A DNA stretch of 63,309 bases, the filler included, from Octopus bimaculoides (lineage: Eukaryota), in assembly GCF_001194135.2 (NCBI RefSeq). It is 6 parts of 6 records of this genome, joined end to end, with 100 filler letters (N's around TTAATTAATTAA, not from the genome) between each part and the next. Parts side by side here need not be neighbours in the genome. Positions count along the whole stretch, not along the records: positions 45,406 to 58,569 come from NC_068995.1; positions 58,670 to 63,309 come from NC_069010.1; 4 more parts are not named here. One strand, given 5' to 3'. The translations under genes and the position numbers were made by a program. How positions within the stretch are numbered: position 1 is the first letter of the stretch; each line of letters opens with the position of its first letter. Below the pieces are notes generated by a model. The model had not been told where the DNA came from. It made no database searches and saw only the letters and a list, made by a program, of their open reading frames with translations. Below, in pieces: positions 49,600 to 61,544 of this stretch.

Positions 49600-50930
49600 T
49601 TCAGGGAAATGGTAATGTGAAAATTTAGAAACTCTAGCATCCTTTGAATAATCACACAATTAGAGCCGTTCTAATCGACACATTTAACGAGGAGGAGGCA
49701 TTACGGACCTGGTACTCAGAGTACAACTGGAAGATCTTGCGAGAAAACTTACTAAGTGTCATAGACGAAATCTGTGGTTGGTGCAAAGTCCCAACCAGAC
49801 CTAGATTGATGTGGTGGAGGAACAGTGTAGTATCCAATGCCATTAAAGTGAATAAACATGCTTAAGAGGACTGGAAGATCGGTAGTAGCAGAGAACTATA
49901 TCAGGAAGCTAGAAGGAAAGCTCGAAGACAGGCGTACTTACCCATAAGATAAGCAGAAAGGAAGAAGTTTGGAAATATTATGTGGCATATGGACCAGAGG
50001 ATTGACAGTATGTCAGAGACAACCATGCTTTAATAAGATAGACATGCGTTCTCATAGATGATGACTCACTGTTAGTGGTCCTGCAAAGAAGACGGCTTGG
50101 AAGTGCCGCTATGAATGGTTGATAAAAAGAATTACAGAGTGCATGGCAGAAGGAGAACATGCCTAACGTGGATCCAACGGAGGTTCCACGTTATCTGAAT
50201 CAACATTTGCTTAGCAGAAAAAGCAATTAAGGGTGTGAAGACAAGGCAACTCCCCATTCCATCAGGAATGACCGCTGTGATGCATGAAATATCTGGCAGT
50301 GTGAGACACGGCCTAGTCAACTGTATAATTAATCACATCAAAACTAAGCTGTCGTACCCAATGAGTGGTGTACCAGCGATAGAGTTAACTACTGAAAAAA
50401 TAATGGTGACCGCTTAGGCAGAAATAATTACACAGGTAATAGATAGTTTCTGTTACTTTGACGACAAAGTTAGCAGTGAAGGAGATAGTTCTAAAAGTGT
50501 AGTTGCTAGAATAAGAACACTATAGGCATAGATCAGAGAGCTGTTACTTTTGTTAGTAAATAAGTGCCTCTCTCTAGGAGTGAGAAGCAAATTGTATGAT
50601 GCTTGTGTACGAAGAGCTATGCTATATGGCAGTGAGACATGCGATGGCTTTAAAGAGATGAAGCCAGCATGCTCTGCCGGATGGGTAATGTCATGTGCAT
50701 GTACGATTAGTTGTAGTGTGCGAGAGAGACGACTCTGCTAGTATGGTCATGTGATTCGTATGAATGAGGACAGCTGCTTCAAGATGTGCCGATCTTGTAT
50801 TATTGAGGGAACGTGTAAAGGGGTAGATTAAGGATATGTTGGACTATGTGGTGCAAAGAAGATGAAAAGGAACCGAGACTTCTGGCGTTTTATTGTGGTT
50901 GAGAAGACACTTCTTTCTAAGTAAATTCGG
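49600..50930 (+). mobile_element. Heavily decayed RTE-clade LINE (linker, RT and C-terminus)
   Basis: Pieces WKILRENLLSVIDEICGW..WW, SFCYFDDKVSSEG and RSKLYDACVRRAMLYGSET, with many stops. Confidence 0.75.
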
Positions 50931-50982
50931 TCGTCAATAGAGACAGGCATGCTTTCTACGTCTCTCTCTCTCCCTCTCTCTC

Positions 50983-51027
<45 letters not shown>

Positions 51028-51582
51028 TGAGGAGTCATAGTCTTGTGAGATTGTAGGTGGTTGCACCCCAGTAATGAACCAGTGCCGGAGACACTTTAGA
51101 TTCACCCAGTCCACACTGCAAAATGACTGGTGTTAGGAAAGATATCCAGCCGTAGAAACCATGCTAAAACACATAAATTGAGCCTGGGCAACACTCCAGC
51201 TGGGCGGCTCCTGTCAAACCATCCAACTCACACCAGCATGGAGAAGATTNNNNNNNNNNNNNNNNNNNNNNNNNNNNNNNNNNNNNNNNNNNNNNNNNNN
51301 NNNNNNNNNNNNNNNNNNNNNNNNNNNNNNNNNNNNNNNNNNNNNNNNNNNNNNNNNNNNNNNNNNNNNNNNNNNNNNNNNNNNNNNNNNNNNNNNNNNN
51401 NNNNNNNNNNNNNNNNNNNNNNNNNNNNNNNNNNNNNNNNNNNNNNNNNNNNNNNNNNNNNNNNNNNNNNNNNNNNNNNNNNNNNNNNNNNNNNNNNNNN
51501 NNNNNNNNNNNNNNNNNNNNNNNNNNNNNNNNNNNNNNNNNNNNNNNNNNNNNNNNNNNNNNNNNNNNNNNNNNNNNNNNNN

Positions 51583-51618
<36 letters not shown>

Positions 51619-54600
51619 ATGTATATATACAATTTTTTGTAAGATGTCTAGAATTATGTAGAACTGAATATATTTATTTTTAAAATTAGATTTCAATAAA
51701 AACTGACATCAAAACAGATTGAACGTTTAATTGGAAAATATATATTTCTTTCGATGGTGAAATATCTGTATCTGAATTTTGAATGTTTCTTGATGTATGC
51801 TTCTGGGTACACTTTTTCTATATCTTTCCTCTTGTCTACATACGTATCTTGACGTGTGTTAATGTATGTGAACGTAATGTTGTATGCGTGAGCATGAAAA
51901 ATACTACAAACTTTTTAATTTCAGCGTACCCACGGATACAAAGGTATACAAAAATATCCACACATACATAAACGTAAACAAATTTATAGAAATTGTTACT
52001 AAGAGATAAAAAAAAACACACACACAGTGAATGTGAAACAGAAACGAATGAGAAAATATATTAGGAGTAAGAAGATAAAAAAATAAAGAAATGGACAATG
52101 TAATTTGTTAATAGATTTATGAAACATCGGCGCCTTTCCATTGTAATCTACTAATTATTACATTGCATTATGATAAATCTAATTGTTACTTTGATGACCT
52201 TGTATGTCCTTCGAACATTTTCACATATAACAAAAACCACAAATTTCGTTAATGGAAGAAAAAACTGTTGACTGAATTTTCTTGGATTTATAAATTGGAT
52301 TTTCTTATTTATAAAATTTGGTGGTATGTTAAGATGTATGCAATTTATTTTGTTTTTGCATTTTATCATATTTTTTTCAAATATGTTACATTTATTAGAT
52401 TTCATATAATTTTGTGTATTCATATATATGTAAGCAAGAGCCGTGTGCATATGCCAGGATGTGGTGTTTTCTTTTCTTTTTTTTTTAATTATTTCTATCG
52501 ATTTAACTGATTAATGTTTCAAGTAGAAAGGAAGATAATGATCATTAATTGCTGCAATTAACTTATTAGGATCAAACATAAATTTGAACTGATAATTGAT
52601 GTCACCCTCGCTGTTGAGTGTGATTTCAATCTTGCATATTACATAGAATGTGCTGATTCAATAATGATTCTTAGGTATTTTTGGCAAATATTTATTACAC
52701 GTAACAGTTTATGCTCATTAATGGATTATAGGAATTATTCATTTAATTTTCATAAAATATTGCCAGGTACATAATTACCTTTCCTTCTCTTTTAAAGGGA
52801 TCTAAACGATCAGTTTAAGAGTAATTTCTAATTTTTGTCAGGAAGATTAACAATTGTATTCATTATAATTAACTGATAGGACATAATGTGAAACAGATTT
52901 TCAACGATGGCGAAACAAAAATAGACAAAACTATGCATTTTACTGATAATATTTGCAATCAAGTCAACAGATTTCACATAAACAACAAAGAAATATGTTT
53001 AACTCTTTTAGTATTTCGCGTTAACTTGGCTAGATATATATTTTTTTTCCTTTTTCACATATGTTGTTCTTTCCTTTTTTAATTCTTTCATCGTTAATTT
53101 ATTTCCAGTATGCTGAGTAAGTAGGATGTTCAAAAGTAAACCTTAATGAGACCGAAAAACATACTTGCATTTACAGACATATATATGCATATGCATATGT
53201 AAATACATACACAAACTTACTGTATACAAGAATAAACGCTCAAGTGTATATTCATATCTATATATACATATATACATACACATACACGCGTGTACATACA
53301 GGCTTACATCTATGTGAATATACATGTGTATCTCGCGTGAAAGAAAAACTAGAGTTCAATATTAACAAGCACCGTTGGTGCTTCCGTTTAATATTTGTGT
53401 ATTGCTTCGCAGTTATATTATTTCTACTATTTCTAGTATCAGTTTGTAATGTCGTTCAAAAGCCAGTAAACTGCGTACGGTAGTAGTATAACAGAGTTAC
53501 ATTCTAAAATCAATACTATTAATGTATTTTACATTTACTTTTTCTTACGACACATACTATTATTACACTTAAATATCTCCAATTAAGCATTTACAGTTTC
53601 CTAAATTGACACAGTAATCTTCACTTTGCTCCATTTAAATAGGTAGCTGTTTAAGCAATATTTTAGAAATAAATTGAAACTATTATCTCTGAGACAACAT
53701 CCAGTACACTGTATATATAACAATAAACTGCTTGAAAAATGTAGTTTCTCAGCAGTTTGAAACATTTAGACACGGCTGAAAAGGATTAACCTATAATTAA
53801 AGATGTAATAAATTCATTTTATTTATTAGATATCAGCATACTTTGATTGTTAAATTCAAGTGTTCAGCATCTTCACTGTGCGTCAACTAGATATAATTGA
53901 GTAGTAACAAGTATGTATTAATTAATAAATTTGTTGGCGGTTACTCTCAAACGGCAAAGCTATAAAAAAGTAAATAATCTTAGTCGAGCGAGTAAGATAT
54001 TGAATAGTGTGCTCTCAGTCTCATTGTATAAAGAGCACCATGGTATTAAATGTACATTAAGTAGCTTTATTGATTTTTGAGAAGTGGTAATATTTATGGG
54101 AAGTAATGTAAAGCAAAACTTATTAGTTTGGGGGAGGTTCTTGATAGATATTTACCTATAAATGTAATAGATCTGAAAACTCCATTTGATTTATAAGTGA
54201 ACGTAAGGTAATATTAGTATACGCAAAATCCACAAAGCAATCATTTATACATCAATTAATGTAGCTAATTTTTTACTATAAAATCTCTACTTGCATTAAA
54301 GGATACGAGACGTTAATGCTTTTATGTTTCCAATATATTTGGCTGTTAGCTAGCTGTTCTCAGAGAACTTTCGGTGTCATGGTTGATGGTAAGCAATTTG
54401 AAATACTAAATCGAATTCAGCTGGTGTCAGATATTCCTTATGCACGAAGAATAAATAAATATTATGTTGATATAGGCTTACTCCACTTTTTATTTTCTCT
54501 TCTTAAAAATATATTACTTGTGATCACATACTCATCAATCATGGATATATTTTTATTAAAGTGCATAAAATTCTAATACAGCCTGCCCTACAGGTGAATT

Positions 54601-54959
54601 CAGTACACTTCCCGGAAATATTTATTCAAAGCATTCCGCATTTCATCGACATAATGTTACTAGATGTCTGTAGAAATGATATTATAAATTTAAGACCAGC
54701 AGAACATATTTACTAGTTAGAAATCGCATAGAAATCACCCTGCAAATTAATCAGTAATCATAGAATAAACTAAACATTTATATTTTAATGAACCATTGAA
54801 GCAAATTGTTTGGAATGCTCAAACAATGAATGTTCAAGATAGTGATAATAACAAAAAGGAATATTGGTACAAAAAAGAATATTTTAGTAGTTCCGATAAA
54901 GTTAATCATGCAACACCAGCAACATAGGAATTTTAAATATAGAAGTGTCCCTCGAAAAT

Positions 54960-56720
54960 AAAATTAGTTGGAGTAATGTTGTAAAACTTCTCAGTATTTA
55001 TTTGAACATGGCGTATAGATTCAAGAATCCATACCGATATCATTTGCTAAACTGTTTAATAGTTATAAGCAGCCCTTCTAGCTGTTGGTCATCTCTTGCA
55101 AAAAGCTTTCGAACATCCGTGTAAAAACAAAAGGAAAAAAAAACAGTTTATTATCTTGTTTAGAATTTTGTATCCATATCCAGTGTGAATGAATTCATTT
55201 CAGAGTGGGATCAGTTCCATGCAAAAGAATAAAGGAGAGAGAGAGAGTCACCTTGAAAGATGCCTCGTTCAATGTTGATGTTGTTGCATAGGATCATCCC
55301 ATTACTATGGTTTAGAAAGTGACGTGTATTCTACTTGGTCAGCTAATTTGTAAGAGATGGAGATGAGAAGAGAGATTTTGTATATTTCAATAGCCTTTGT
55401 TATCCATCTATGTAGGATAATATCAAATGTTTCCCTGTGCCGAATCTATGTCACACTCAGGTTCTTGCTTTTGCCGCGACGATTTTCTAAAATCAATCTA
55501 TTTATGAGCAATTTCGTTTATAACTTTTTCAAGTTTGTGGAATGATAGAGCTCGCTTCAAGGAAAGCGTACGTTATTTCATTCATTATGGATGTGAGAAT
55601 CTCTTTTGTACTGTTGAGACATGTTCTTGGTCGGAAATTCTTCGGGTTTCTTCAAGTGTGTCATTGGTTTTTGGTAGTAGTTAGATAATTTCTTCAGTCA
55701 GCCAAGCACGTATTTGTTCTGGGTTTTGAAGGATATCCGTCAGAGAGAGTGATACTTTCTTATGCTTCTGTCAAACAATTTAATCAGGAGTTACGGAAAA
55801 GGTCCAGTTCTAGGGGTTTCTATGTTTGAGATTTTCTTAACTATTCTATTCCTAATGCTTCTAACCTCTGTGCTTCACCTTTATCCATTCGCTGCTTTTC
55901 ACATTCTATCCAGTCAACCACAGTGCTATACTCTTTTTCGTGGTTCCATATATTTTTCTGACTCTTCCACTTCTCAGTCTGAAGTGGTACTTTTACCTCT
56001 ATCATAGTTTTGCCAATTTCCCTATAAAATTTCTTTGTATCTGTTTTGAATATTTTGTTTTAACTCTAAAACTTGTTTCTTTTATCAGAACTTCTAAGCA
56101 GCTGTTTCAACAGTTCCTACATAGTACGGACATTTATAAGATCTTTGATTTTATATTTTTTGTTTGATTTTTCTGGCTTTTCTTGTTTTAATATTTACTT
56201 CCCTTGGAAGTTCATCGAGAATTGATACATCCGCCCAAAGTGATTCAAAATCTGTTTGTATTTTTATTTTCAAACGTGGAGATCTTTTGACATATCTCGA
56301 CATTTGATTCGTAATCTTGATACCTAGTTTTGAAGTTACTACAACGGCAGTAGAATAGATAAGCTTATCTCAATCCGTTATATCATATCCCTTATTTCTT
56401 AAGATCTGTCTTAGAGCAACGTTATAGATAATGATTTTGTTGTTATTCTTCGTGCTGTATCTAAACGTTGGTAGCATTTCTTTATTAACCAAGCCAGTAA
56501 ACTCAATCTTCCTCAGTTCTCTTGTAATGTCTTCTGAAATCTTTTCCCAATTATTCATGTGAAATTCTGTGCCATTTCTATTTTAGTGTTCTTCCTTTTC
56601 TTCCCTATTTTTTTTTTTCAGTTTTCATATTTACTGCTCTTACAATAAGTTCTGCATTTCTGTTACCAATTTCATCTGCATGGTTGCTGTTTCCATTTGC
56701 CTACTATGATTTAAGAACTG
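54960..56720 (-). mobile_element. Decayed R4/Dong-like LINE, RT region
   Basis: Frame-broken PKNFRPxTCL, LLINRLILENRRGKSKNLSV, remnants of GIFQGDSLSPL and FYTDVRKL..NDIGM (YMDD region). Confidence 0.7.
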
Positions 56721-56965
56721 ATTTAAGTGTCGGTTAGTCTTTTGTTTTGACGACACCTCAACGTAAATTATTTATTTGCATCTCTTTTACTCTTTTACTG
56801 GAGCACCGCCTTTAGTCGAGCAAATCGACCCTAGGACTTATTCTTTGTAAGCCTAGTACTTATTCTATCGGTCTCTTTAGCCGAACCGCTAAGTTACGGG
56901 GACGTAAACACACCAGCATCGGTTGTCAAGCGATGTTGGGGGTACACACAGGCACACAAATATAT

Positions 56966-57018
<53 letters not shown>

Positions 57019-57189
57019 TACGACGGACATCTTTCAGTTTCCGTCTACCAAATCCACTCACAAGGCTTTGGTCGGCCGGAGGCTATAGTAGAAGACAATT
57101 GCCCAAGGTACCACGGAGTGGGAATGAACCCGGAACCATGTGGTTGGTAAGCAAGCTACTTACCACACAGCCACTCCTTGCCTACTAAA

Positions 57190-57600
57190 TTTCTCCATGA
57201 AATATGTTCGTACAATGAAGTTATTATTTGGGTTTAGTTGAACCATGTCCTCTCTAGTCCATTGTATGCATTTTGCTTTAAGTGGTGCTTTTTGGTGGCA
57301 TCACTACAGGCCTATCCTTATGATTATTCTTGCTCTTGTTACATGTTAGAACGTGTGCTTTTGTTTTTGACCAACAGATATTTCGAATCCTGTCAGGTTC
57401 TCGACTAAATAATGCAGCACCTGTTGTTGCAGGCGATGACCGTTCAGCAAGCTTTTTGCTTTGCCATTAAAATATTGAGTCTCACATTAGGAGACGGGTC
57501 GGTTTGTTTTGAGTTATCTTTTTGACAGAATACTACTTCTTTGAATGGGCATGCTTCACATATCGCAATCGCATGAAGCTTATAAATCGAAACTCGCTAC
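57190..57600 (-). mobile_element. Probable 5' ORF part of the same R4/Dong-like element, separated by a SINE insertion
   Basis: Coding-like decayed sequence with KCIQWTRED, collinear with the RT piece. Confidence 0.45.
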
Positions 57601-57754
57601 TATCTTTTATTTCGCATCCGACTTGAAAATTTTATTTCGTCTGTATGAGTTACTTACTTTAGCAAACCCTCTGTAGATTTCGTTTTAGTATCTCTTGACA
57701 TTTTATTGTTTTATTCGTGCCAGTTGTGTAGTATTATTGATTCACAATTGTAGT

Positions 57755-58075
57755 AGTGGTGGTGGTAGGAGTTGGGGTGGTGGCAGTCTTCATCGTCACC
57801 GTCGCCGTCGTCGTCGCCGTCGTCGTCGCCGTCGTCGTCGCCGTCGTCGGCGCCGTCGTCGTCGCCGTCGTCGTCGCCGTCGTCGTCGTCGCCGTCGCCG
57901 TCGTCATCGTCGTCGTCGTAGTTGTAGTAGTAGTAGTAGTAGTAGTGGCAGCAGCAGCAGTAGTAGTAGTCGTAAGCGGAGGAGGAGGAACAGCGGCGGC
58001 GGCGGCAGCAGCAGCAGCATCAGTAGTAGTAGTAAAAGGAGGGGGAGGAGGAGTAGCAGTAGTAGTAGCGTCTCA
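57755..58075. repeat. Compound trinucleotide array: (GTCGTCGCC)n, (GTA)n, (GCA)n, (GGA)n
   Basis: Directly visible. The most CpG-dense tract of the window. Confidence 0.9.
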
Positions 58076-58319
58076 GCTGTGATGAAGAATATTAAGTTCG
58101 AAATTGAAAAGAATTGTTTTCGAGCAGGATACAGTAACATACATATGTATGTATACATATATATATATATATTATTTAAAATGTATTATTCATTTAAAAT
58201 GCAGAGATGCCTATAATAGGACATCTAACCCGCTAGAAAGAGCAGCAAAAGACTACATACCACAAAATTAGGGATAATTTCGAAAGGGAATGAAAAATAA
58301 ATACATTTACCAATCTATA

Positions 58320-58397
58320 TTCTATACCATGGTTTCAAGTCAATTTTAGTAAGATAAAAATTATATATCTTACAAGGTCGGACTATCATCAGCAGAA
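58320..58397 (-). ncRNA. Type I hammerhead ribozyme motif (family 4)
   Basis: UUCUG-CUGAUGA-U-AGUC..GUAAGAUA/UAUCUUAC..GACU-U-GAA-ACCAUGGU-A-UAGAA. Intact cores, palindromic helix III, GUA site. The 10.1/11.1 pair is U.U in this copy. Confidence 0.68.
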
Positions 58398-59060
58398 ATG
58401 ACCAGACGACATATGAAGCACGAATCAATAGGGAGCATGGTTCGTGTTTCTATGTCTAATTTTTCAAACTTACCGTGTATTTGCGGTTTATCTAATCGGC
58501 AGCAAATACAAAAATGCCGATTTTCTTTCAGAAATTAGCCAAAAAAAAAATTTTTATCATTATTAATTANNNNNNNNNNNNNNNNNNNNNNNNNNNNNNN
58601 NNNNNNNNNNNNNTTAATTAATTAANNNNNNNNNNNNNNNNNNNNNNNNNNNNNNNNNNNNNNNNNNNNAGTAGCTAGTGTGAAAAAAACCTCATAAGGG
58701 AAAAAATCCATCATTTATTCCCGAAATATATATTTATATTTATATAAGGGCATCACTATATAATAATGCCTCACGCTATGAGGGACTCTAAGGTCAGGTT
58801 ATATATATATATTATTGAGTTAGAAAACAGAGAGATCTAATGGACACAAATTAATTTGTTAACTAATTAACATATTCACCTACAATTGTTTCATTTCACA
58901 AACAAAATTAAAAGAGGAAACGGGAGAGGGGGAAGGAGATAAGGAGGAAGTGGAAGACAAGGAAGAAGAGGAGGTAGAAGAGGAGGGTGATGACACTATC
59001 AAAGCACTAACCCCCACCTCATAACCACTGACCCACAACACCCTCTCAGTGGTTCCTTAC

Positions 59061-59229
59061 CTGATATATTCTGGTGCCAGAGTTCCAGATGAAGTCCTGC
59101 AGCCTCCAATTGCTCAGCTAAACAAGAGGTCATACCATTGTTGGTCGCCACCAGGGGGCAGTAGAAGTCGAAATATTGTCCAATGTTAGCATGGAAACAC
59201 TTTGCCATTGTCCTAGTTGTGAAAATGCG
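59061..59229 (-). CDS. C2CD3: C2CD3 coding exon (169 nt, ends phase 1): RIFTTRTMAKCFHANIGQYFDFYCPLVATNNGMTSCLAEQLEAAGLHLELWHQNIS
   Basis: Acceptor tctgtttgtcag|CGC and donor CAG|gtaagg. Resembles the human C2-domain segment [24 protein letters not shown]...[20 protein letters not shown]. Confidence 0.85.
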
Positions 59230-59261
59230 CTGACAAACAGACAGACAAAAGAAAGATATTA

Positions 59262-59430
59262 GCCATTTAGCATTTAAACTGGTCAAATCCAGCCTAAATA
59301 TTCTTTTTTTTGTTTGTTTTATGCTCAAACTGACCACATCTGGCCTATCAGGTCAACCTGACAATGTCATTCTAAAAATAAACAATCACATCATCTCAAG
59401 ACAACAAAAAGATAATGCAGGATTAATTCT
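59262..59430 (+). mobile_element. Remnant of a non-autonomous DNA element with a TTAA/AGGG-type end (related piece about 4290-4390)
   Basis: Shares CTCAA..ACAA(A)GATAA.GCA.G.TTAATTC with 4300-4335. The 4290-4390 piece ends GAGGGTTAA. Confidence 0.35.
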
Positions 59431-59794
59431 TTTACTTGTTTCAGTCATTTGACTGCGGCCATGCTGGAGCACCGCCTTTAGTCGAGCAAATAGACACAAG
59501 CACACACAAGCACGACCACACACACATGCATACACACACACACAGCCATACATAAAGACATACAAACACACACCTGGACACAAACACAAAGACATACACA
59601 AACACACAACCATACATAAACACACACAAACATATAACCACATAGCACACACCAACACACACACAAACACAGTCACACGCAGCCACAAACCTGCACACAC
59701 AAACACACAGCCACATGCAACCATATACAAACACATAACCACACGTAAACGCAGTCACACACACAAACATACAGCCACACACAAACAGACAGTC

Positions 59795-60025
59795 GGCGAG
59801 CTGGCAGAAACGTTAACACGCCGGGCGAAATGCTTAGCGGTATTTCATCTGCCGCTACGTTCTGAGTTCAAATTCCGCCGAGGTAGACTTTGCCTTTCAT
59901 CCTTTCAGGGTCGATAAATTAAGTACCAGTTATGCACTGGGGTCGATGTAATCGACTTAATCCGTTTGTCTGTCCTTGTTTGTCCCCTCTGTGTTTAGCC
60001 TCCTTGTGGGCAATAAAGAAATAAA
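59795..60025 (+). mobile_element. tRNA-derived SINE family C with a Meta-domain-like core. Other copies about 4790-4975(-), 14000-14210, 24195-24410, 60295-60350
   Basis: GAGCTGGCAGAA head, GAGTTCAAATTCC B box and GCCTTTCATCCTTTC.GGGTCGATAAATTAAGTACCAG. Domain name recalled from memory. Confidence 0.75.
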
Positions 60026-60132
60026 ACAGTCACAAACCAACACACAAACACACCAGTACACGTACACACAGAAACAAACACAGAATAAAATGGAGAAAGC
60101 ATTCAAAGAAGTTGACGGAGATGTCTACTGAC

Positions 60133-60234
60133 CTGATCGATAAAAGAGAATCTAGCCTTTAGGTAGAGGTTGACCCCTACCTTGGCAGGGTGCAGCATAT
60201 CTGGGTTCTGCAGGGCACACATCTCTGCAGCAGA
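60133..60234 (-). CDS. C2CD3: C2CD3 coding exon (102 nt): SAAEMCALQNPDMLHPAKVGVNLYLKARFSFIDQ
   Basis: Acceptor ttttgtccattacag|TCT and donor CAG|gtcagt. Resembles human [34 protein letters not shown] (VGVN and SF shared). Confidence 0.85.
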
Positions 60235-61417
60235 CTGTAATGGACAAAAGAAAAGGAAGGGGGTCACCAAAAATATATTAACGGCTCTGTGAAGGGTGGG
60301 AAGCTGGCAGAATCATTAGCATGCTGGGCAAAATGCTTAGCAAGATTTTGCCCAGCCCGACATTCACCATCATCATCATTTAATGTCCATTGTCCCTGCA
60401 ATAGACACACATAAATATATACATACACATATATATATATATCATCATCATCATCGTTTAACGTCCACCTTCCATGCTAGCATGGGTTGGACGATTTGAC
60501 TGAGGACTGGCAAACCAGATGGCAACACCAGGCTCCAATCTGATCTGGCAGAGTTTCTACAGCTGGATGCCCTTCCTAACACCAGGATGCCCTTCCTAAC
60601 GCCATGATATATATATATATATNNNNNNNNNNNNNNNNNNNNNNNNNNNNNNNNNNNNNNNNNNNNNNNNNNNNNNNNNNNNNNNNNNNNNNNNNNNNNN
60701 NNNNNNNNNNNNNNNNNNNNNNNNNNNNNNNNNNNNNNNNNNNNNNNNNNNNNNNNNNNNNNNNNNNNNNNNNNNNNNNNNNNNNNNNNNNNNNNNNNNN
60801 NNNNNNNNNNNNNNNNNNNNNNNNNNNNNNNNNNNNNNNNNNNNNNNNNNNNNNNNNNNNNNNNNNNNNNNNNNNNNNNNNNNNNNNNNNNNNNNNNNNN
60901 NNNNNNNNNNNNNNNNTATATATATATATATATATATATACATGATGGGCTTCTTTCAGTTTCCGTCTACCAAATCCACTTGCAAAACTTTGGTCATCCT
61001 GAGGCTATTGCAGAAGATACTTGCCCAAAGTGCTGCACAGTGGGACTGAACCCAGAACCATGTGGTTGAGAAGCAAGCACCTTACCACACAGCCATGCCT
61101 GCACCTATGTATGCATGTATGTATGTATGTATATGCGTATTTATATGTGTGTGTGTTTGTGTTTCTTTGGCTTCTACCACATGACAACCAGTGTTGGTTT
61201 GTTTAGTGGTTCAAACCAATAAGATATGTACCAGACTATAAAAATATGTATTGGGGTTGATTTGTTCAACTAAACCCTTTAAGGTTGTGCTCCAGCAAGG
61301 CCACAGATCAATGAATGAAACAAGTGAAAGAATAAAAGATTATCATTAGATGCAATGACAAGGTAATAAAGAGAAAAAAAACAGAGAGAAAGAGAGAAAG
61401 AGGTTATAAAGTCTTAC

Positions 61418-61504
61418 CTGAAGGCCACATGTGCGAAGGATGCCGACACAGATGTAAGTAAAAGGGGATTCAGAGGTTGTGGTGACTGGTGGTTGATTGG
61501 TCAA
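61418..61504 (-). CDS. C2CD3: C2CD3 coding exon (87 nt): LTNQPPVTTTSESPFTYICVGILRTCGLQ
   Basis: Acceptor ccctgccag|TTG and donor CAG|gtaaga. ICVGILRTCGLQ resembles human ISVQIIRACGLQ. Confidence 0.85.
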
Positions 61505-61544
61505 CTGGCAGGGATTCAAAAGAACAAAATAAAAAAAATATAGA

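Noticed and set aside
57695-58216. Poly-Arg/Ser protamine-like ORF
   Set aside because: Simply one frame of a trinucleotide array. Other frames are equally open and there is no gene structure.
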